From a bacterium (GTDB lineage Bacteria; Chlamydiota; Chlamydiia; Chlamydiales; SM23-39), in assembly GCA_021780355.1 (NCBI GenBank), contig JAJXYX010000043.1, positions 1-56,288 on the forward strand: a stretch of 56,288 bases of DNA, written 5' to 3'. Position numbers and translations under genes: made by a program. Positions 1 through 9,226 of the stretch are shown here, one piece after another. The notes below the pieces were generated by a model. It was not told the origin of the DNA and made no database searches. It saw only the letters and a program-made list of their open reading frames with translations. The stretch's first letter is position 1. The number at the start of each line of letters is the position of its first letter.

Positions 1-64
1 CATCACGTTCTCGTCTATGTTGGAGCTTGAGCTGTTCGCGTTCTTTTTCAGTTAAAAAATTCAT
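1..64 (-). CDS. IS630-family transposase, N-terminal fragment (partial)
   Basis: Translates as MNFLTEKEREQLKLQHRRERD, resembling IS630 transposase N-termini. It is preceded by TTCACA-N17-CATAAT ending 6 nt before the ATG. Not in the ORF track. Confidence 0.7.
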   Translation of the reverse strand, partial: MNFLTEKEREQLKLQHRRERD

Positions 65-126
65 GCCACGATTATGCGGCCAAGAGAAATTTTTGTGAAT
101 CAAAATTTTGATTCACGAAGGGTATA
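1..126 (-). mobile_element. Left end of an IS630-family insertion sequence (continues beyond the window edge)
   Basis: The minus strand begins TA-TACCCTTCGTGAATCAAAATTTTGATTCAC, with a TA target dinucleotide at 125-126 and a perfect 22 bp subterminal palindrome at 95-116. A transposase-like start follows at 64. Confidence 0.75.
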
Positions 127-578
127 TTTGTGTACGGACAAATAATGAACTAGAATCGGATAAAATAAAGGGGAAGATTTTCCCATGCATACAGAAGTAT
201 TTTCATGGGGCTCTTTTTGAAAAGATTCCAAATCGAAAAAAGCCTGGAACAACATTCTGTGCCTATACGGACTATGAAAGCGATTATACAGGAGATTATA
301 CGTATTTTGTTGGAGAAGAAGTTTCATCGTTTGACCGTCCTTTGCCAGAAGGGTTCCAGAAACTGGTGATTCCGAGTCAACAGTATATGAAATTTACGAC
401 GAGTCCCGCGCCTATGCCAAATGTAATTGTAAACGCTTGGAAAGAAATTTGGAATATGTCTCCGAAAGAGCTTGGTGGAAAGCGTTGTTATAAGACAGAT
501 TTTGAAATTTATGATGAAAGAGCAGCAGATCACCAAAACATTGTTTTGGATGTCTATATAGGGATTGAGCCTAAGTAA
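108..578 (+). pseudogene. GyrI-like small-molecule-binding protein, 5' end interrupted by IS630
   Basis: Motifs YTDYESDYTGDYTYFVG, G-x-MP..V..AW..IW and DFEIYDER. The first codons (MIHEGY) come from the IS end. Removing the IS restores GGT ATT TGT GTA (G-I-C-V-R-T). Confidence 0.75.
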
Positions 579-592
579 AATAGAGGGAGTTT

Positions 593-937
593 ATGAATAC
601 AGCAGAAATCATCACAGAGTATTACAAGGCAATGGGGCAGAAGGATTTTGAAAAACTGGAGAGATTTTTGTCTTCAGACGTTCAATTTATCGGTCCTCTT
701 GCGAAATTGAAAGGGAAAGAAGCTGTCATTGAAGCTACAAAAAGATTTACCTCACTTTTCAAGGCTCTGAATGTACGAGCTAAGTTTGGTTCAAATAATC
801 AAGCTATGGTTGTTTATGATCTGGACTGCCCAGAGCCCATTGGTCTTTTTTCTAGCTCGGCTCTCATGACTTTTGAAAATGGCCTGATCATAAAAATAGA
901 GCTTTTTTACGATGCTCGCCCCTTCGATAAGAGGTAG
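593..937 (+). CDS. SnoaL/NTF2-like protein
   Basis: 114 aa with YYKAM..KDF..L...L..DV.F.GP and C-terminal GLIIKIELFYDARPF; GGAG RBS. Confidence 0.8.
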   Translation: MNTAEIITEYYKAMGQKDFEKLERFLSSDVQFIGPLAKLKGKEAVIEATKRFTSLFKALNVRAKFGSNNQAMVVYDLDCPEPIGLFSSSALMTFENGLIIKIELFYDARPFDKR

Positions 938-1986
938 TGATGTTTCGACAACCATCAGCCTTAAAGCCCAATGATAAGGTAGCCATTGTCTCACCTTCTT
1001 CTGGTATGCCATATCTTTTTCCTTGGGTATATGAACAGGGTTTAGATCGTTTAAAACAAGTATTCCAGCTTGAGCCAATCGAATTCCCGACTGCTCGCCA
1101 GAGTCCTGAATACTTATCTCGAAACCCAAAAGCACGAGCGGAAGATATCAATAGGGCATTTGCTGATCCATCGATCAAGGCCATCATTGCAACGATAGGT
1201 GGAAATGATCAAATCAGAATTCTTCCCTATTTGGATAAGAAAATAATCGGAGAAAATCCCAAAATCTTCATGGGTTATAGCGATTGCACCAATCTACATT
1301 TGTTGCTGTGGAATCTGGGTATTATTTCTTATTATGGTGGCGCAATAATGACGCAATTTGCCATGGGAGGAGGTATGCAGGAGTATACGGTCAACTCAAT
1401 TAGAAAGGCTGTTTTTGATCCTCCAATTGGTAAAGTGTTTGCTGCTTCTGAATATAGCGATGCAGATTTAGATTGGGGCGATAAACAGAATTTAAGCAAG
1501 AAGCGTCCTATGTACCCAAGCCATGGATGGATTTGGCATAATGATAAACAGAGTATAATTCAGGGGCGACTTTGGGGAGGATGTCTTGAGGTATTGGACC
1601 TTCATCTTTCGGTTAAGCGGTATTTACCCGACCCCGCCCAATTGAATGATGCTATTCTTTTCATAGAAACTTCAGAAGAGATGCCTTCTGAGGGGTTTGT
1701 ATATCGTTTTATTGCTGCTCTTGCTGAACTGCATATATTAGAAAAATTTCAAGCTATCTTAATGGCTTATCCAAAGGCGCAGTTTTGTGATAAGCAGCCA
1801 GCTGAGGGTAGAGAAGCCTTTATCGTTAATCAGCAGAAGGCGGTAAAAAGCGCGCTACAGGACTATGGTATTGCTGTCCCTGTCATCTTCAACATGAACT
1901 TTGGTCATACCGATCCTCAAATGATTATTCCAAATGGGGGTCATGTGAAAATTAATGGCTCTTTAAAAACGATCGAATTTTATTAA
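937..1986 (+). CDS. S66 family peptidase (LD-carboxypeptidase/MccF-like)
   Basis: IVSPSS, ATIGG, GYSD (Ser), GRLWGGCL, IETSEE (Glu) and FGHTDP (His). ATG at 940 is an alternative start. Confidence 0.9.
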   Translation: MMFRQPSALKPNDKVAIVSPSSGMPYLFPWVYEQGLDRLKQVFQLEPIEFPTARQSPEYLSRNPKARAEDINRAFADPSIKAIIATIGGNDQIRILPYLDKKIIGENPKIFMGYSDCTNLHLLLWNLGIISYYGGAIMTQFAMGGGMQEYTVNSIRKAVFDPPIGKVFAASEYSDADLDWGDKQNLSKKRPMYPSHGWIWHNDKQSIIQGRLWGGCLEVLDLHLSVKRYLPDPAQLNDAILFIETSEEMPSEGFVYRFIAALAELHILEKFQAILMAYPKAQFCDKQPAEGREAFIVNQQKAVKSALQDYGIAVPVIFNMNFGHTDPQMIIPNGGHVKINGSLKTIEFY

Positions 1987-2018
1987 TTTTTTTTACGAAA
2001 AAACTGTCAAAACATTCT

Positions 2019-2044
2019 TCTAATGCGTAAAAATTGCGTAATTT
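2019..2044 (+). repeat. Left copy of terminal inverted repeat with tandem TGCGTAA (putative integrase arm sites)
   Basis: TCTAATGCGTAAAAATTGCGTAATTT; 24/26 identical to the reverse complement of 9227-9252. Confidence 0.75.
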
Positions 2045-2121
2045 TCATCAAGCCTCTCCTGATTATAGCTGAATTCTCTATGAGAAATTGGTTTTAGGTG
2101 GCGAGATTAGTGATCTCTTTG

Positions 2122-2150
2122 TTGCCATTTAATCCAGTTTTTTCTACACT
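2122..2150 (+). promoter_or_regulatory. Putative sigma66/70 promoter of the integrase
   Basis: TTGCCA-N17-TACACT, followed by AAGGAAGG before ATG 2175. Confidence 0.5.
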
Positions 2151-2174
2151 AATGCCTTTTATAAGGAAGGGTAT

Positions 2175-3257
2175 ATGGGTGCGATTAGGGAAAGCAAAAA
2201 GAAAGATGGATCGGTTACCTACCACGCCGAAGTTCGTTTAAAAGGCTATCCTCCACAAAGAGAATCCTTTCGTACAAGGACATTGGCAAAAAAATGGATT
2301 CAAGACACAGAATCTTCGATTCGAGATGGCCGTCATGTTCGGATTGCCGAAGCAAAAAAGCACACCGTCAAAGATTTAATAGATAGATTCGTTACTCAGT
2401 GGCTATCGCAGTTTCCTCATAGGCTTGTCAGGCAAACAGCTTATCTAGCCTGGTGGAAAGATAGACTTGGTCATTTGCTTCTAGCCGATTTAACTCCAGC
2501 GGTTATTGCTGAAGCAAGAGATGCTTTGCTTCAGGAAAACACTACTAGGCAAAAATTACGAAACCCAGCGACGGTCAATCGATATCTGGCTGCTTTTTCA
2601 AGAGCTTTGACAATTGCCATGAAGGAATGGGGTTGGATTGATGATACCCCTATGCGGAAAGTCTCCAAGCCCTCAGAAGGAAATGGTAGAAATCGACTTC
2701 TTAGCCTAGATGAGAAAGATCGTCTATTACAGGAGTGCAAGCTCTCCCCCAATCCTCATCTTTTTCCTATCGTTTCTCTGGCGCTTTTGACTGGCATGCG
2801 GTTCGGTGAAATTGTTGGATTAAAGTGGGAGGATGTCGATCGCCAACATCGCACTATCACTCTTGAGAAAACGAAGAATGGGGAGAGAAGGGTTCTTCCT
2901 TTAACTGAAGCAGTAGAAACGCTGCTGGCGAATTGGCAAAAGACTGATATTGCATCTGGTCTAATTTTCAAGCCAACGAGTCCTACAAACCGATCAGGGG
3001 TGGTAGATATTCGGAATGCCTTTGTAAAAGCTCTTCAACGAGCAAAAATTCTAAATTTCCGATTTCACGACCTTAGGCACGCCGCCGCGTCATTTTTAGC
3101 AATGAGCGGGGCCACCCAGGGAGAATTAATGGCCATTTTGGGTCATAAAACACCGACGATGACCAGGCGCTATGCCCATTATAGTCAAAAGCACATAGCA
3201 AATGTGATGGAGAGAACCCAGTCAAGTTTGTTAGGGGTTATTAATGAATCCAAATAA
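2175..3257 (+). CDS. int: Tyrosine recombinase / phage-type integrase
   Basis: TGMR, KTKNG, HDLRH, LGH and RYAH catalytic motifs; N-terminal arm-binding-like region. Confidence 0.95.
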   Translation: MGAIRESKKKDGSVTYHAEVRLKGYPPQRESFRTRTLAKKWIQDTESSIRDGRHVRIAEAKKHTVKDLIDRFVTQWLSQFPHRLVRQTAYLAWWKDRLGHLLLADLTPAVIAEARDALLQENTTRQKLRNPATVNRYLAAFSRALTIAMKEWGWIDDTPMRKVSKPSEGNGRNRLLSLDEKDRLLQECKLSPNPHLFPIVSLALLTGMRFGEIVGLKWEDVDRQHRTITLEKTKNGERRVLPLTEAVETLLANWQKTDIASGLIFKPTSPTNRSGVVDIRNAFVKALQRAKILNFRFHDLRHAAASFLAMSGATQGELMAILGHKTPTMTRRYAHYSQKHIANVMERTQSSLLGVINESK

Positions 3258-4353
3258 ATCGGTAATAGATGATCTCGAAAAGAAATTTCAGACGGAAATG
3301 TCATTGCTTTTAGAGTGCTCTACAAAGCTTGGAACTTGTGAAAGAATTGCGATGCGGATAATTCCTATGTTCCAGGAGCATCCCATGACAAGCAAACTCA
3401 TTGATGAGTGGGATCAAAAAAATTGTGATGGCAGTCTGCTCGTTCGTGCGTATACCGAACTCGATACTGCATGCCAACAAATTCATGCCAATTCCTATTG
3501 GGTTAAACAAGTAGAGCAGATTCTTGAAGAGGTTAAGCAAGAGGGAAGTTGTTCAAATATATCCGATAGAGACTGCGAGGGTCTTCATGTAGATGCTAAA
3601 GGCAACCAATCTACTATAAAAATTCCAAGAGCTCAAGCTCCATGTCAAAGGGTTTATTACAAACTCAGATCGCTTTATGTTTTGTCGATTTCTAAGACGT
3701 GGGATATGACTTTTGCTCCGTCTGCATATAGAGTCATCCAGGCAAGTAGCCAAGGGGAAATGGCTATTAGTATTGATACCGATCCTCGATATATCTGGAG
3801 GCAACTGAGGGTATTTGAAGAGTGTTGGGCGATTCGGAATGACGTTCTTAATATCGGTTGGCCGAGGGCTAATGGGAGTGGAGTGGCGATGTGGATTGAA
3901 GCAGATCAAAATTTTAGGAACGCTTTGCGATGTCGGTTGGCTTCAGATTTTTCATTTGCAAGTCATTATGGCCCCGATCGAAAAATGGATTTTTTTCAGC
4001 CGAAAATCTTAACACAATTGGTGGATCGATTACTCAAGGAGATCATTCTGCTTCTGCGTCAACAAGCTGTTGAAATTAAACCGAAAGGACCGAGAGCTAT
4101 GAAGAAAGAGGCCAGAAAACTCGCTCAGAGTGTCTTGGAGAAAAAACTATTGCCGCTGTCTGTAGAAGAAAGGAAGGAATATGCCTATGATTCGGTGCGC
4201 TCCATCATCTGGAAGGCGGCACAACAATCCAATGTCCATGGACTATTTGAAGCGTGTAGCGAAACGTTAATCAATGATGAGTGTTCCCTTTTCGCTAAAA
4301 AGCATGGTTGGAAGCCAAAAAGAGGAAAAAAAGGGTCGGCGGTTTCAAAGTAA
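3244..4353 (+). CDS. Hypothetical protein coupled to the integrase
   Basis: 369 aa ORF overlapping the int stop by 14 nt; basic C-terminus (KPKRGKKG); no family recognised. Confidence 0.7.
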   Translation: MNPNKSVIDDLEKKFQTEMSLLLECSTKLGTCERIAMRIIPMFQEHPMTSKLIDEWDQKNCDGSLLVRAYTELDTACQQIHANSYWVKQVEQILEEVKQEGSCSNISDRDCEGLHVDAKGNQSTIKIPRAQAPCQRVYYKLRSLYVLSISKTWDMTFAPSAYRVIQASSQGEMAISIDTDPRYIWRQLRVFEECWAIRNDVLNIGWPRANGSGVAMWIEADQNFRNALRCRLASDFSFASHYGPDRKMDFFQPKILTQLVDRLLKEIILLLRQQAVEIKPKGPRAMKKEARKLAQSVLEKKLLPLSVEERKEYAYDSVRSIIWKAAQQSNVHGLFEACSETLINDECSLFAKKHGWKPKRGKKGSAVSK

Positions 4354-4548
4354 GCTCTCATTTTTTGGGCTCTTTTTCTCTATGAAAAGGGTCGTCTACT
4401 TGTCCGTTAAATTCGGACGTCTTATTTAAATCCTATCTATCTGATGTAATGTGGGTTAGAGAAGATAAGTTATGCCTAACTGATGTGCCCTAAGAAGCAA
4501 GGGCGTTAGGCGGCTATCCTCCGTAACTATAAACCTACAGGATTTATT

Positions 4549-4866
4549 ATGGATTGTTCAGTTCAACCTTCTTTAGAAAAAGTTGTTCGCACTGTGCGCG
4601 AATTCTGCCAAAAGAATCGTGAAACAGGAGCTTGGCCCGCTAGCGAGCATGCAGTACGTGCCATCATTCAACAAGGGGAGCAAAGCCCTTTTGCTCCTGC
4701 CATTCTCAGGTACAACAGACGAGTTCTCATAGATCAGGTCGCATGGGATTCCTGCTTAGCTCGTCTCTCTCAACCCGCAACCAATATGCCCATAAAGGAG
4801 GTAGAAGATGCTAAGGAAACACCAAGAAAGATCAAGACGCAACCGAGTCGCACCATGCGCTCGTAA
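4549..4866 (+). CDS. Excisionase/AlpA-like small DNA-binding protein
   Basis: TVREFC...WPASEHAVRAII...ILRYNRRVLID..AW is a winged-helix Xis-like pattern, in the usual position between int and the replication gene. Confidence 0.6.
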   Translation: MDCSVQPSLEKVVRTVREFCQKNRETGAWPASEHAVRAIIQQGEQSPFAPAILRYNRRVLIDQVAWDSCLARLSQPATNMPIKEVEDAKETPRKIKTQPSRTMRS

Positions 4867-4974
4867 GAATGTTTGGATCGATTATGAATGGCAAAAAAAG
4901 CGCCTCAGTCAGTGCCCTCGAAAGTACGAAACTGAAGCGCGTAGAGTGGCTGAAATCTTAGGACTTTAAGCCTT

Positions 4975-5009
4975 GTTCCTCCCAAGCTCTAACTTGGGGG
5001 GAACTTTTT
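4975..5009 (+). terminator. Intrinsic terminator/attenuator just upstream of the helicase gene
   Basis: GTTCCTCCCAAG-CTCTAA-CTTGGGGGGAAC followed by TTTTT. Confidence 0.5.
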
Positions 5010-5033
5010 ATCAACCACAAGAACAGGACTATA

Positions 5034-7070
5034 ATGAACGATAATACTACACCTACGGATACACCACCAGACCCAATATCGGCAAATGCCTTTTTGATCC
5101 AACCGATGAAGGGAGCGACGAAAGCACTTAAGGCTATAAATACTGATTTAAAAAAGGCGGGCTGCCATTGGCATATGAGAAACGCATGGAGCTGTCCCAT
5201 TGGAATGCAGGATATGGTGGAGACAATGCTTGCAAGCAGGCAAATCAGCGTTGAAATTGTCCTTCACAAGGACGATTACTTCGATAAAAGCAGGAGCGGT
5301 CAAGAAGCGGAAAACATATGGACGCAGATTGACATCAAGGAAAGGCAACATTACGCCGAAGATCGAGCCTTAATAACTGAACGTGCAGCATTGGAGAAAG
5401 AGATCGAAACTCGGGGTTTGTCAGCAGATGATCCGAAAATTCAAAGCCTCTTGGAAAAATTGGATCGGCGGGAAGCTGTACAAAAAGAGCTGCAAGATGA
5501 GATCAATCAGTTGCGGAATGGTGCCAAATTACTGGAAGAGAAGGCAGAGTCGATGCTGCCATTTCACATTTTGGGACATAATGCAAAGCGAGAAATTTTG
5601 CTGTGGAAGGAGGGGCGACTTATTGCATTACCAGCAGCGCGACTGAACAAGGATGAGCTTCGCCTTTATATCGGGAGTGAGTCGGAGTGGTTTCAATCTG
5701 AGGATTCGATTAAAGCTTTGAAGGAAGCGATCATCGATGCAGCACACAAAAAAGGATTCATTGATGACGTTTCACCTTTGCGATCGGGGCTATGGATGGT
5801 GAATGACAAATGGTTGATTATTTCTGGCAAGAAAGCGGGCTTTATTGAAAAGGAGCGATTTTCTTACCTAAAAGCACCTCTCTTTGAAGGAAAACTCGTT
5901 GAGACTGAGGGGGCAGCATGGTTGGATTGGGAGATTTTCGAGACGTCGATAGGCAATCGAGCCCTTTTAAAAGAGTCTTTCGACCTTATTCATAGCAAGG
6001 TGAAGCAATGGAATTGGATTGTTCCTTCGATGGCGGCTTTTGTGACCGCCTTTGCGATGTTAGCCATTGTGCAGCAAGCCATGAAGTGGCGTCCGTGGAT
6101 ATATGTCACGGGCGCTGCATCAACGGGGAAAACCACATTTTGGGAAAATATTTTACAGCACATTTATGGAGGGCTTGTGGAGCGTTTAGATAAGAGTACC
6201 GCGCATGCTACTGCTCAAACTATTGGCAATAGCGGCCGCATTCCTGTTTTTGACGAATTTGAAAAGCACAAGCACATTCCTGAAATTCTGGAGTTGGCTA
6301 AGCTCTTCAACAAGGGAGGGCAAAAAACCAGTGGGACAGGTTCCGATAAAGCTCATCGGTTTGATCTGCATCACATGCCATGGTTTGGATCGATTTATTT
6401 GCCCAAGAAGTTTATGCAGGACACTGCGCAAGAATCGCGTCTTGTTAAGTTCGAGCTGAACAAGATTCCGCAAGGATCGCCAGCCGTTGATAAATTTGAC
6501 GACGATGGGCGAGTGATCTCTGCCAGGATTACGGCTGCCGTGACTACCTTGTGGGAAGTTCTCGAAGAGAAAGCACAAAAGATCAACGCAGATCGGCATC
6601 GTCTTTTGCAAGTGCATCCAGGAATCAAAATTCGCACAGTAGAAAATTTTATGTACGCCTCAGCTCTTTTAGAGATTGTTGCTCCAGAAGGACTAGAAGA
6701 GAGTTTCCCCATGTGGGCGGCGACACAGACAGAAGATGATGGCGATAAGTTACTCGATACGATTTTGGCCAGTCTCATCTTTGTTGATGGTGACAAGAAG
6801 TCGGTACGTGAGATGTTGCAAATGGGACAGCATGAGGAGCAGTTAGAGCGGCATGGCGTGAAAATTGTCGTTCATAAAGCGAAGAGGTACTTAGCGCTTC
6901 GTTGTGAGAACATCACGAGGCACTTGCTCAAAGATACCGAATACGCTTCCTTAGACATCAAGGGGCCGTTGGCAAGAACGGACGGGGCTATAGGAAGTGT
7001 GCAGGTAAAGATTACGGGAACGAACCAGCGTTGCATCTTGATTCCGATGGAAAAAGTAGAGAATGAATAA
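5034..7070 (+). CDS. Replicative helicase-like P-loop ATPase (phage/satellite primase-helicase C-terminal type)
   Basis: WRPWIYVTGAASTGKT (Walker A), PVFDEFE (Walker B), an ESR motif and an N-terminal coiled coil. No primase motifs recognised. Confidence 0.75.
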   Translation: MNDNTTPTDTPPDPISANAFLIQPMKGATKALKAINTDLKKAGCHWHMRNAWSCPIGMQDMVETMLASRQISVEIVLHKDDYFDKSRSGQEAENIWTQIDIKERQHYAEDRALITERAALEKEIETRGLSADDPKIQSLLEKLDRREAVQKELQDEINQLRNGAKLLEEKAESMLPFHILGHNAKREILLWKEGRLIALPAARLNKDELRLYIGSESEWFQSEDSIKALKEAIIDAAHKKGFIDDVSPLRSGLWMVNDKWLIISGKKAGFIEKERFSYLKAPLFEGKLVETEGAAWLDWEIFETSIGNRALLKESFDLIHSKVKQWNWIVPSMAAFVTAFAMLAIVQQAMKWRPWIYVTGAASTGKTTFWENILQHIYGGLVERLDKSTAHATAQTIGNSGRIPVFDEFEKHKHIPEILELAKLFNKGGQKTSGTGSDKAHRFDLHHMPWFGSIYLPKKFMQDTAQESRLVKFELNKIPQGSPAVDKFDDDGRVISARITAAVTTLWEVLEEKAQKINADRHRLLQVHPGIKIRTVENFMYASALLEIVAPEGLEESFPMWAATQTEDDGDKLLDTILASLIFVDGDKKSVREMLQMGQHEEQLERHGVKIVVHKAKRYLALRCENITRHLLKDTEYASLDIKGPLARTDGAIGSVQVKITGTNQRCILIPMEKVENE

Positions 7071-7071
7071 A

Positions 7072-7297
7072 GTTACTGTGTTACTGCGGAGTAGCATTAA
7101 AAGTAAGATGTAACTTATTGATATTAAGTAAAGAATAGAGATTGGTAGCGCGGTAGCAGAGGGATTGGGGCATTAGTGAAAGTAATGAATAAGCGTTTGA
7201 GGAATTTGCGAGATAAGCACCAAAGGCTGCTACCTGCTACCGACAGTTGCAATGTCCTTGAATTAAGCAAATTAAGTGGTAGCTTGAGAATGCTACC
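7072..7297. repeat. Iteron-like cluster, putative replication origin of the element
   Basis: Ten GTA(G/A)C-core motifs in both orientations at 7072, 7080, 7091, 7110, 7144, 7152, 7229, 7236, 7278 and 7292, with AT-rich spacers, directly after the helicase stop. Confidence 0.6.
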
Positions 7298-7312
7298 AAA
7301 GGAAATAAAGAG

Positions 7313-7918
7313 ATGACAAAAAAGCTGAAAAAACAAACTGATCTATCTTCACTTTCGCCAAAAGCGTCAGCGGAAAATCGCCTAGAGAAACCTATGAAAT
7401 TAAATGCAGTGGATAACCAGAAATCTGGAGAGAAGAAGTCGAAGTTTACGCTTGCAGATGGAACAGCTGTAAATTCAGAATCGATGGAACGTTTTGAAAC
7501 GGCCTTCAAGCAGACCACGGGTACCAATGATGCAGATTTTGCTACGGCCATATTGGTGCATGTCTCCAGAGGATTGCCAGACTCAACATTCGAGGAACGA
7601 TTCACGTGCATGGCTAGTCTACTTCCGACGGTTAGGCCGCAGGATGAAACGGAGGCGTTGCTTGCGGGGCAATTCCTAGTTTTACAGGCATCTGCCATGG
7701 AATGTCTGCGTCAGGGCCATTTTCAAGATGGGTTTTATCACACTGAGCGCTATATCAATTTGGCAACCAAACTCTTCAATGCCGCTACTCAAACCATGCA
7801 GGCTCTTACCAAGTACCGAGCTAAGGGTCAGCAAACGGTACAAGTGATCCATGTCCATAATGAAGGGCAGGCGATCGTCGCTCAGAACGTATCATCTGGG
7901 GGAGGGGTGGGGACATAA
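7313..7918 (+). CDS. Conserved hypothetical protein of the type found upstream of HGGxSTG genes
   Basis: PQDETEALLAGQ...AMECL...KL.....QTMQAL.KYRAKGQQTVQVIHVHNEGQAIV. Confidence 0.7.
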   Translation: MTKKLKKQTDLSSLSPKASAENRLEKPMKLNAVDNQKSGEKKSKFTLADGTAVNSESMERFETAFKQTTGTNDADFATAILVHVSRGLPDSTFEERFTCMASLLPTVRPQDETEALLAGQFLVLQASAMECLRQGHFQDGFYHTERYINLATKLFNAATQTMQALTKYRAKGQQTVQVIHVHNEGQAIVAQNVSSGGGVGT

Positions 7919-7946
7919 TTTCTTGAATTGAACCCCATGGATCACT

Positions 7947-8192
7947 ATGAGTCAATGTACGGCAAAAAGCAAACGGTCTGGCAACCAGTGTTTAAAGTGG
8001 GCAATGCGCGGAAGAACAACCTGTCACATGCATGGAGGAACTTCCAAGGGCCCCATAACAAAGGGAGGGAAAGAACGCTCTCGTCGGGCAGCCTTAAGGC
8101 ATGGGGGATATACTAAACAAGCGAAGGATCATCATCGAGATGTAATGGCTTTAATTCAGAAAAGCAAGCGATTAATTCAAAGCTGCAAATAA
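7947..8192 (+). CDS. HGGxSTG-domain (CCCH zinc-finger-like) small basic protein
   Basis: CTAKSKRSGNQC...AM....CHMHGGTSKGP.T..G......A.RHG.Y. Confidence 0.8.
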   Translation: MSQCTAKSKRSGNQCLKWAMRGRTTCHMHGGTSKGPITKGGKERSRRAALRHGGYTKQAKDHHRDVMALIQKSKRLIQSCK

Positions 8193-8232
8193 AAGTTCTC
8201 AGTGCGACCGTCTAACAAAAAAAGTGGACTTT

Positions 8233-8997
8233 CTATTTATCGATCATTGAAGTAGGGAATTCATTAATATCATGATAACCAAACACTTCGACTTCTGGAT
8301 GTTTAGCAATAAAATGTCGGATTTTATTTAATGTTGCAATCCGCAATTCATTGTCATCTGCCCTCATTGTTGCCAATTCATTGACGGGATGGTTGGTGTC
8401 TGTAAGTTCGCCTCTTAGATAGTAGGCATCTCCGATATAAAATAACCATTGGGATTGGTGCTTCAAAGCGACACCGCAGTGTCCAAGAGTATGTCCGAAA
8501 AGAGGAATTAGATAGATTTCGATTTCAGAGCCGACATCTACTTTTCTCGCTTCAAAATCGAACCAGGTTTGTGACGATTTGGAATAGGTTTTTATCATAG
8601 GATTGTGTTCGAGTGGTTGAGATAAATATCTCGGATTACCGTTGTTAAAATTTTCATATTCTTCTATTCCAAGATGGACTTTTGCATTCGGGAAATCGGC
8701 CAATCCTCCTATATGATCATTATCTAAATGAGAAATAATACAGTCTGTTACATTCGCAGGGTTTAATCCGAGCTTTTCAATTCTTTTTATTGCGGTCCAT
8801 TGTTCATTGAATTTGTAGCCTACAATATCTATTAATTGTTTCCCAATTCTTGCAAGGGGATTTTGTGTATCCATCAGGCCGATCCCTGCATCAATTAATA
8901 TTAACTTTTTAGCTGTTTCCAATAACAAGCAATGACCAATTGCTCGACCGTATCCAGGAGAATGAATTTCTACGCAATTCAAGTGATGGATTTTCAT
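8233..8997 (-). CDS. MBL-fold metallo-hydrolase (cargo)
   Basis: SHLDNDH, GHTLGH, GDAY and C-terminal HD. ATG 8997 (MKIHHLNC) preferred over TTG 9003. Confidence 0.9.
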   Translation of the reverse strand: MKIHHLNCVEIHSPGYGRAIGHCLLLETAKKLILIDAGIGLMDTQNPLARIGKQLIDIVGYKFNEQWTAIKRIEKLGLNPANVTDCIISHLDNDHIGGLADFPNAKVHLGIEEYENFNNGNPRYLSQPLEHNPMIKTYSKSSQTWFDFEARKVDVGSEIEIYLIPLFGHTLGHCGVALKHQSQWLFYIGDAYYLRGELTDTNHPVNELATMRADDNELRIATLNKIRHFIAKHPEVEVFGYHDINEFPTSMIDK

Positions 8998-9226
8998 CGT
9001 CAAAAATTCCTTTTGCTTGATAGAGATGATAACCTAATAGGTTTAGCAAGTATAAACGAAAACAACGGGCTTTTCCAGGTCAAAGTTCTTGACTGGGCGC
9101 ATTATACGATAGAGAAACATATCCTTCCATCGCCCAACAAAAGCGTTGCAGCCCGAGATAACCTGGAATGTGCAATTGCTTAACTTCAGAGGCGTATAGC
9201 TAAGAGAAGGCGTTGTCCTTCCGTTT

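Noticed and set aside
2091-2120. Definite att site duplicating the tmRNA 3' end
   Set aside because: Only 19/30 identical and on the unexpected side of the arm-like repeat; kept only as a possibility.
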